Source of the DNA: Pelagomonas calceolata
Taxonomy: Eukaryota
NCBI GenBank assembly: GCA_918797485.1
Contig: CAKKNE010000002.1
Location: 3,968,001 to 4,032,000 of the forward strand
Reading direction: 5' to 3'
Length of the DNA stretch: 64,000 bases
Every line of letters begins with the position of its first letter. The stretch's first letter is position 1. This document shows, piece after piece, positions 59,401-64,000 of this stretch. The translations under genes and the position numbers were made by a program. The notes beneath the pieces are model-generated. The model was not told the origin of the DNA, searched no databases, and saw only the letters and a list, made by a program, of their open reading frames with translations.

Positions 59401-60133
59401 GACCGCCGAGGCGCCCCCGGACGACGGCGCTGCAGAGGCGGAGGCGCGCGCGCGCGACGATGAGGCCGCGTCGCTGGCGCTCGCGCGACGGCTCGCGGCC
59501 GAGGACCCTGTCGCCCCCATGCCACCGGCAGCGACGTCGGAGCAGGAGGACGACTTTCGGTTGTTTTTAAGTTCGCTGGGGCTGGGGCACCATGCCGACC
59601 GGCTGATCGCCGAGTCGGTGGAGAGCATAGAGGACCTCATGCTCCTCACCCGCGCCGATATCATGGCGTGCGGCGTGCCAGCGGCCGACGCGACGCGCCT
59701 CGAGGCCGCCCTGGCCGCGGCGCGCGGTCCGACCGCGGCGGAAGAGTCCAAGTCGGCGCCACCGCCGCCGCCGCCGGGCAAGGTGCTCGTCGACGAGATT
59801 CTCGACGACGCCGCGGCGCGGGCGGCGGCGCTCGAGACGTCCCTCACGGCGCACCAGGAGGAGCTCCGGCGGCTGAAGGGGCTTTTGACGGAGCGCGGCG
59901 TGCCAGACGGATTGGTGTGCCCCCTGTCGCTGGAGATCTACGAGGACCCGGTGGTTGCTGCAGACGGCTTCTCGTACGAGCGCCGCGAGATCGAGGCCTG
60001 GCTCGGGCGCGGCAACCGCACGTCCCCCAAAACGAACGAGGAGCTGCCGCACACCTTCCTCACGCCGAATCGCGACCTGAAATCCACCTGCCAGGATTTC
60101 CTCGACGACGTGCGGAAATTCGAGGCGCGCTGA
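56417..60133 (+). CDS. Large protein with C-terminal LOTUS/OST-HTH, SAM and U-box (E3 ligase) domains
   Basis: VSQLPELYRRKYGRKL...KLTEFL; FLSSLGLGHHADRL...DLMLLTRADI..CGV; LVCPLSLEIYEDPVVAADGFSYERREIEAWL...TSPKTNEEL...PNRDLK. Confidence 0.85.
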   Translation: MSTPEEKKDASKLRGDAPAFSFGAPPPAAAAPTTLSFDAPKEPTRTSTDSPDKPAEDEVGILFQVADQEGVAQHAFRVNILREEAQSKPVLKLVQEVLINRNRQQTQVDECLPEILKGLRLPDAQFHRPDVGKRLAAGDTLLEPGETPDATVMLIAMCGGGARADMVLVVGDARGYVGSRALNIHRLGDRSLGDAAAAACELPRDEWARGVSASLALVNDDVAITEVSHQLVEAKAPWCGISIELDPTVPAAEALQDAPRPPLVLVRRADDHFARHGLKTTSVDIAWAGGRIEAIAVREWPVPRTPRMWAEWALRTVSAPLVLHGMMSPQLRDAVVQQAIESMDMDDVAVAVDGAPAAQMVPGDELEVAHPERLVIQTSGNLFQDQPENGSYLAVSAMTAACMRRLEAGEELYAPKSTWRALEVRSRLYKARKDDINAGNTLATAHTCLEFLHALGLFEAAGRLDRADAARAIDCVMEIESYFRAANAPIFTCVLGVDGAAREQAEIFASRLGVASFLTLRRVPELQKLQASIHGDYDETTVACRALEAVENVRRQLAMPNRESRTRGQPHVAAFCLSVLCQAAATRDRRAFVLGESRDTRVSLNLLLALPIDLLEAPLDESYLNPEQQSRLRETISDLLLLWDLVRPAGVSKDFRQHCEALADRAESKGESDAYVSGQMLRDLMEKLRGDRASKRAGVQRKLLLRKLEPDKVYSNLIVRDPPAGLRALLARFRVAPRLRDARPSPPNAPKPAAPAAPPTSWSDDEATTLPQHGSEAKKKKKLGAKAAKKKRQKERKKAAALRAAAARAEAPAVAQPEAREAAQPEAERAPSPDVDEAETASEASADDVRATRRDAAEKLKVVGFDGMSDDELRQACRYHGLGVWRRPDRKKCEEALTEYLEWESRYNRRQTRMRANVRAIVSARESVYVSQLPELYRRKYGRKLETYEKLTEFLAETPGLEMVDGIAGGSVRLAPVPAPLMSDDVASGTSLDAATAEAPPDDGAAEAEARARDDEAASLALARRLAAEDPVAPMPPAATSEQEDDFRLFLSSLGLGHHADRLIAESVESIEDLMLLTRADIMACGVPAADATRLEAALAAARGPTAAEESKSAPPPPPPGKVLVDEILDDAAARAAALETSLTAHQEELRRLKGLLTERGVPDGLVCPLSLEIYEDPVVAADGFSYERREIEAWLGRGNRTSPKTNEELPHTFLTPNRDLKSTCQDFLDDVRKFEAR

Positions 60134-60196
60134 GATAGACACTGTGGTAATGTGAGCTTGTGCACGCTACATAGTATTCTGACACAAAAAACATTA

Positions 60197-61531
60197 CTAG
60201 CCGGGAGGGGGCGACTTGTCCCGCCCCCCGTCGTCGCCGCCCTCGCCTGCGACGACGCAATAAGAGGAGGACTCCAAGACAACAAAAACACCGAGCGGGC
60301 AAAGGTCCCTCGGCGAAAATAATCAGAGTTTTTCGGCCCCCACGAAAGGTCGGGCGAAGTACTTGGGCGTCGTCATCAGGGCGAAAAGGCATATAAAGGA
60401 CGCTGGGAAAGGACGCTTCCGCTTGCGCTCGTCGAAGTAGTCGTCGGAATAGACGCGGCCGTCGCTCGCCGGCTCCTGAGACGTCGGCGTCGCCGCGACC
60501 CCGACCAGCGCCGCCAAATCTCCCAGCGTCTTCGTGGCCGTGACCGCGTCGTGCTTGAACGGCAAGGAAGCGAGCTGGTCCCGCAGGACGCCGCGCATGT
60601 CTGGAGGGTGGCGCCTTTTGGCCAACATCTCCTGGACCACGTACTTCGTGTTCTTCGGGTGCGCGTCGTAGCGCTGCGCGTAGCGCACGTACTGCCTTAG
60701 GACATCGAGCTTCGGGAGGCGCTCCTCACTCCTCCGGAAGATTGATGAAGGATCCAACAAAGCCGGCCTCGCTAACAAAACGCCGTCCGTGTACGCGTCT
60801 ACATTGGAAATGGCTTCGTGCGTATACAGGTCGCCGTTCGCTAGTAAAGCGCAGTCCTCGCGGAAGGCGACGTGTTCCTGGCGCAACCGCTCGAAGACGC
60901 GTTTTTGCGTCGGTAGTTGGGGATCTTTTGGGGGGTCCACGCCCGCATACCTACAGTGCAGCGCGACGGCGACGGCGCCCGCCGCGTGCAACTGCCGTAT
61001 GAGATCGCAGGTTTCACTGATCTCGGGCAAGAGTCGAATCTTGCACGTGACCGCGACGCTCGCAGGTAACGTCCTCCTCAGACTTTTGACGATGGACGCC
61101 GCGCGCTCGCCATCTTTCAGGAGGGCCTGGCCCATGCCGCCGCCCGTCGAGAAGGGCTTCGGGCAGCCCATATTTAAGTCAACACCACACGCGACGTCCG
61201 CGACGACCGCCGCGGCTCTCGAAGCGCACTCGCCCTCCGCCGCGCCGAGCTGCACCACCAGTTTATTTTTTTCTCGGACCGGGTCCACGCGCAGACACGT
61301 CGTCTTGCCCGAGGCGTCGACGAAGTCAATCGTCTTAAGCTCTTCGTTCTCTTTGCGTGTGCACAGCTCCAGGCGCCGCGCGATGAGCTCTTCGCTGTAG
61401 ACAATGTCCGCGCCGTAGTCCAATGCTAGAATTCTTAGAGGTGTGCTGTTCGCGCGCACCATGGGCGCCAGGCACCGCAGCTTTTTGGACTGCAGCGGCC
61501 GCGGGGGCCAGAGTTGGACGGTCTCCTCCAT
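60197..61531 (-). CDS. DUS2: tRNA-dihydrouridine synthase (DUS2-like); probable terminal intron 60247-60414 (unspliced stop at 60323)
   Basis: LAPMVR, YGADIVYSEE, VDLNMGCPKPFS..GGMG.ALL, VTCKIR, ANGD, LARPAL, NTKYVV. Confidence 0.9.
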
Positions 61532-61647
61532 GTGTGCGTGCTGCGCACTACTCGAGGTAGTCAGCGTCCACGCGTGCGGCGTTTGGAAGGTCTAGAGCCG
61601 GAGTTATCGTCGATTGCAGCAGGTGCGACGGGCTCCTGGAGAGCTTT

Positions 61648-61669
61648 CTAGTGCCTTACAGCACGCTAG
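61648..61669 (-). promoter_or_regulatory. CTAG-box promoter element copy
   Basis: Reverse complement CTAGCG TGCTGTAAGG CACTAG between divergent ATGs 61531 and 61774. Confidence 0.7.
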
Positions 61670-61773
61670 CGCTGGGGGGTTTGACATCCGCGGAGAGCAG
61701 GGCAGACACCGGCGGACGTCCAAAGGCATTGAGCAACGTTTCTAAGCCTTGCGGAGCGGCCGCACCCTAAGCT

Positions 61774-62742
61774 ATGGCGCGTCGGAGCATTGCCGCCTTC
61801 ATTGCCTCACTGGCTGGCGCACGCGCCGGCACCGTCGGCTTCGCCGGCACCTACGTGAGCGGCGGCGGCGGCCCACCGACCACCTTAGACGCGTTGGGAG
61901 CTTGGGCCGCGGCCCTCGGCGCGCCGGAGACGACCGAGACCGCGCGGCTCCCGGCGACGAGCCTCATAAAACCGCCGCGGCGCCTCGCGCTCCTCGTGGC
62001 GGCCCCGCCGAAGGGCAGCGCGGGCCTCGAGCGCACGACGAAGCTCGCGCCGCACGAGGACGGCTTCGCGGCGCTGGGCGCGGCCCTCCGGCGGCCGCTC
62101 GCGGGCGACGGCCGCCGCATCCAGGTGGCCTGCGCGGGCGGCGGCGACGACGCGCGGGCGCTCTGCGACGACTGGCGCGAGCCGCTCGACGCGACGGGCG
62201 CCTTCGCGCGCTTCAAGGAAGGCGGCGCGCTGCGCGACGCGATCATTAGTAAAGGCGGGTCTATCGAAGCGGACGGCGCCGTCGCGTTCCCGAAGGTCGG
62301 GAAGGTGGACGAGCCCTTGGTGGAGGAGGTCGCCGCGCTCGTCGAGTACGCGTTGAAACCGGGCGCGGACCGGCTCGACGTCCTCGTGGCCTCGGAGGCG
62401 TCTCATGCAGCGAACGCGGCCGCCGCGGCGCAATTGTTAAAGTGCGCCTGCGCGGCGATCAGTAGCAATGAAGACCCCGCGGCGCTCGTCTTCGTCGAAC
62501 AACCAACAGCCAAGAGCCGCCGCCTCGCCGCGACGGACGCGCCCACGGCATCATCTTCCACGGAATACTACTCGCTCGAGGAGATCCGCAACTACCAGAT
62601 TTGTCTCTGGACGGCGATCGCGCTCATCTCCGTATTACTTAGTGCGGTCCTGTTCCTCGCCTGCATGCGGCCCGAGTACGACTCGCTCCTCTACGCGACC
62701 TTCCAGGCGAACGTCGGCGACCACTTCGGCAAGGAGAACTAG
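61774..62742 (+). CDS. Renin-receptor/ATP6AP2-like V-ATPase accessory membrane protein
   Basis: Signal peptide, RRL cleavage-like site, C-terminal YQICLWTAIAL TM followed by M.PEYDSLLY. Confidence 0.65.
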   Translation: MARRSIAAFIASLAGARAGTVGFAGTYVSGGGGPPTTLDALGAWAAALGAPETTETARLPATSLIKPPRRLALLVAAPPKGSAGLERTTKLAPHEDGFAALGAALRRPLAGDGRRIQVACAGGGDDARALCDDWREPLDATGAFARFKEGGALRDAIISKGGSIEADGAVAFPKVGKVDEPLVEEVAALVEYALKPGADRLDVLVASEASHAANAAAAAQLLKCACAAISSNEDPAALVFVEQPTAKSRRLAATDAPTASSSTEYYSLEEIRNYQICLWTAIALISVLLSAVLFLACMRPEYDSLLYATFQANVGDHFGKEN

Positions 62743-62958
62743 GAGTCGCTTTCGTTCCCCTTTCCCTGTATAAGTAGCTATATCGTATCACGTCGACGGC
62801 GCGCGTCGGACTCAGTGATTCGTTCGGCCGAGCTCGCACCATACGCATAAGCACAGCGCACGCCGTCGCCGCGACCGACAAGGCGACAGACCCCGCGTCG
62901 GCTCCGGACGCGGCGAGGCAGCAAAGCAACAAGGCCCGGGACCGTGACTAGTACTAGA

Positions 62959-64000
62959 CTATAACTTAGTCAGCTGCTTCTCGCGCGTCTCGGCCTTCTG
63001 CTTCTCCCTCGCCTCGAGGCCCCGCAGCGTCTTCTTCACGATCTCGCCGCGCGTGAACGGCCTTTCGTCGTCATCCTCCTCGTCGTCCTCGTCCATGTCA
63101 TCATATGCGGGCGGGGCCACGACGATGCGGTTGGCCGGAGGCATGACGACGCCGATGGCCGAAGTGCCCGGCGGGTGGGGCGTGCAGTCGGGCTGCGTGG
63201 CGGCGTACTGCTCCAATATTTCCGTGGTGCGCTGCTCGATGATCTCGAGGTACTGCAGCATGTTCGACTCCGTGACGCCCTGGTTGCCGAGCATTTCCTC
63301 GACGGCGGCGCTCGTGCCGCCCAATCGCGAGAAGATCGAGTGGATGCCAGTTTTCAACTGTCCGATGGTCTTGGACGCTGCCTGGTGCTTCCGCTCGTAC
63401 GCGTCGGCGGCCGCAGTAGTCTTCTCAAGTTTTTCTTCCAATTCCTTGAGCACGCGCTTCCGCTGCGTGTCCGTACTGACGCCCTGGCCCTTGAACTTCT
63501 CCGTTTCCAGTTTGGTCTCCGCGATCGCCAATTCGGTCGCTTCGATGTCGGAATTCAACTCGTTGATCGAGTTGAACAGCGAGAAGTTCTTCTGCTCGAT
63601 GTCCTGGAACGTGTCCACGAGTTCTTCGACGGTTTGTATCCCGGTGGCCTTGGTGATCCTCTCAAACGTAGCTTGATATTCCGCGACCTCTTCTTCGGTC
63701 AGCTTCGGTCTATCTTCTTCAACCTTCTTCTTTTTACCGGGAGACTCCTCCTCCTCCTCCTCGGACTCCTCGGGGTCTTCGGACATGTACGGCTCCTCGT
63801 CGGCCCTCTGGGAGGCTGCTAACGCTTCTGCGGTCTTGCGCTCGTGCTCCTCGCGCTCCTTCCTCCGCAGCGCCTCTTGCAACTGGCGGTCCTGCTCCAT
63901 GAGCGCGCCGAGGTCGGCCCATTCTTTTTCAAATGCTTTTTTCTCGTCCTCCATGCCTTGCTTGAGCTTGTCCAGTGATCTCTGCGAGCGGTCCGCCCGT
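62959..64000 (-). CDS. Outer dynein arm docking complex subunit (ODA-DC2/CCDC114-like), C-terminal part; starts beyond the window
   Basis: FERITKATGI..VEELV..F..IEQKNFSLFNSINELN, GVTESNMLQYL.IIEQRT.EIL, DERPFTR.E. Confidence 0.85.
   Translation of the reverse strand, partial: RADRSQRSLDKLKQGMEDEKKAFEKEWADLGALMEQDRQLQEALRRKEREEHERKTAEALAASQRADEEPYMSEDPEESEEEEEESPGKKKKVEEDRPKLTEEEVAEYQATFERITKATGIQTVEELVDTFQDIEQKNFSLFNSINELNSDIEATELAIAETKLETEKFKGQGVSTDTQRKRVLKELEEKLEKTTAAADAYERKHQAASKTIGQLKTGIHSIFSRLGGTSAAVEEMLGNQGVTESNMLQYLEIIEQRTTEILEQYAATQPDCTPHPPGTSAIGVVMPPANRIVVAPPAYDDMDEDDEEDDDERPFTRGEIVKKTLRGLEAREKQKAETREKQLTKL

Noticed and set aside
669..61669. CTAG-box copies as a CRISPR array or MITE family
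   Set aside because: Copies are kilobases apart, in both orientations, with no regular spacers, cas genes, shared flanks or TSDs
1..64000. rRNA, tRNA, transposase, retroelement or viral genes
   Set aside because: None recognised by eye; PrimPol is the cellular type with a zinc finger and has no viral neighbours. tRNAscan/Infernal were not run

Overview
This is a GC-rich, very gene-dense eukaryotic window with about 35 protein-coding genes, few introns and tiny intergenic gaps. The gene set includes a tubular-mastigoneme protein, an outer-dynein-arm docking subunit, mitochondrial Rieske, Nup50, PrimPol, CWF19L1, DUS2 and ITPA. Together with introner-type introns, this points to a flagellated stramenopile alga, probably a pelagophyte such as Pelagomonas (inference). 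I saw no rRNA, tRNA, CRISPR array or transposase. Main signals: (1) A bipartite, quasi-palindromic 21-23 bp element, CTAGCG-N3-5-GTAAG(A/G)CACTAG, occurs 11 times plus about 4 degenerate copies. It is always intergenic, about 55-270 bp from a start codon and mostly in divergent promoters, so it is a candidate general promoter or nucleosome-organising element. (2) Two introns are non-autonomous DNA transposons (introners) with related 15-bp TIRs and 8-bp TSDs. (3) A 13-mer, GCGTCGATGGCGT, is confined to introns and UTRs. (4) A TGA-C-ATG stop-start gene pair may be bicistronic. (5) Several unusual proteins: a 2OG-oxygenase-like/Ctr copper transporter fusion, a Tudor-FKBP-MYND-GT7 fusion, a LOTUS-SAM-U-box protein, a degenerate stand-alone LOV domain, and an LDH lacking its NAD-binding domain.
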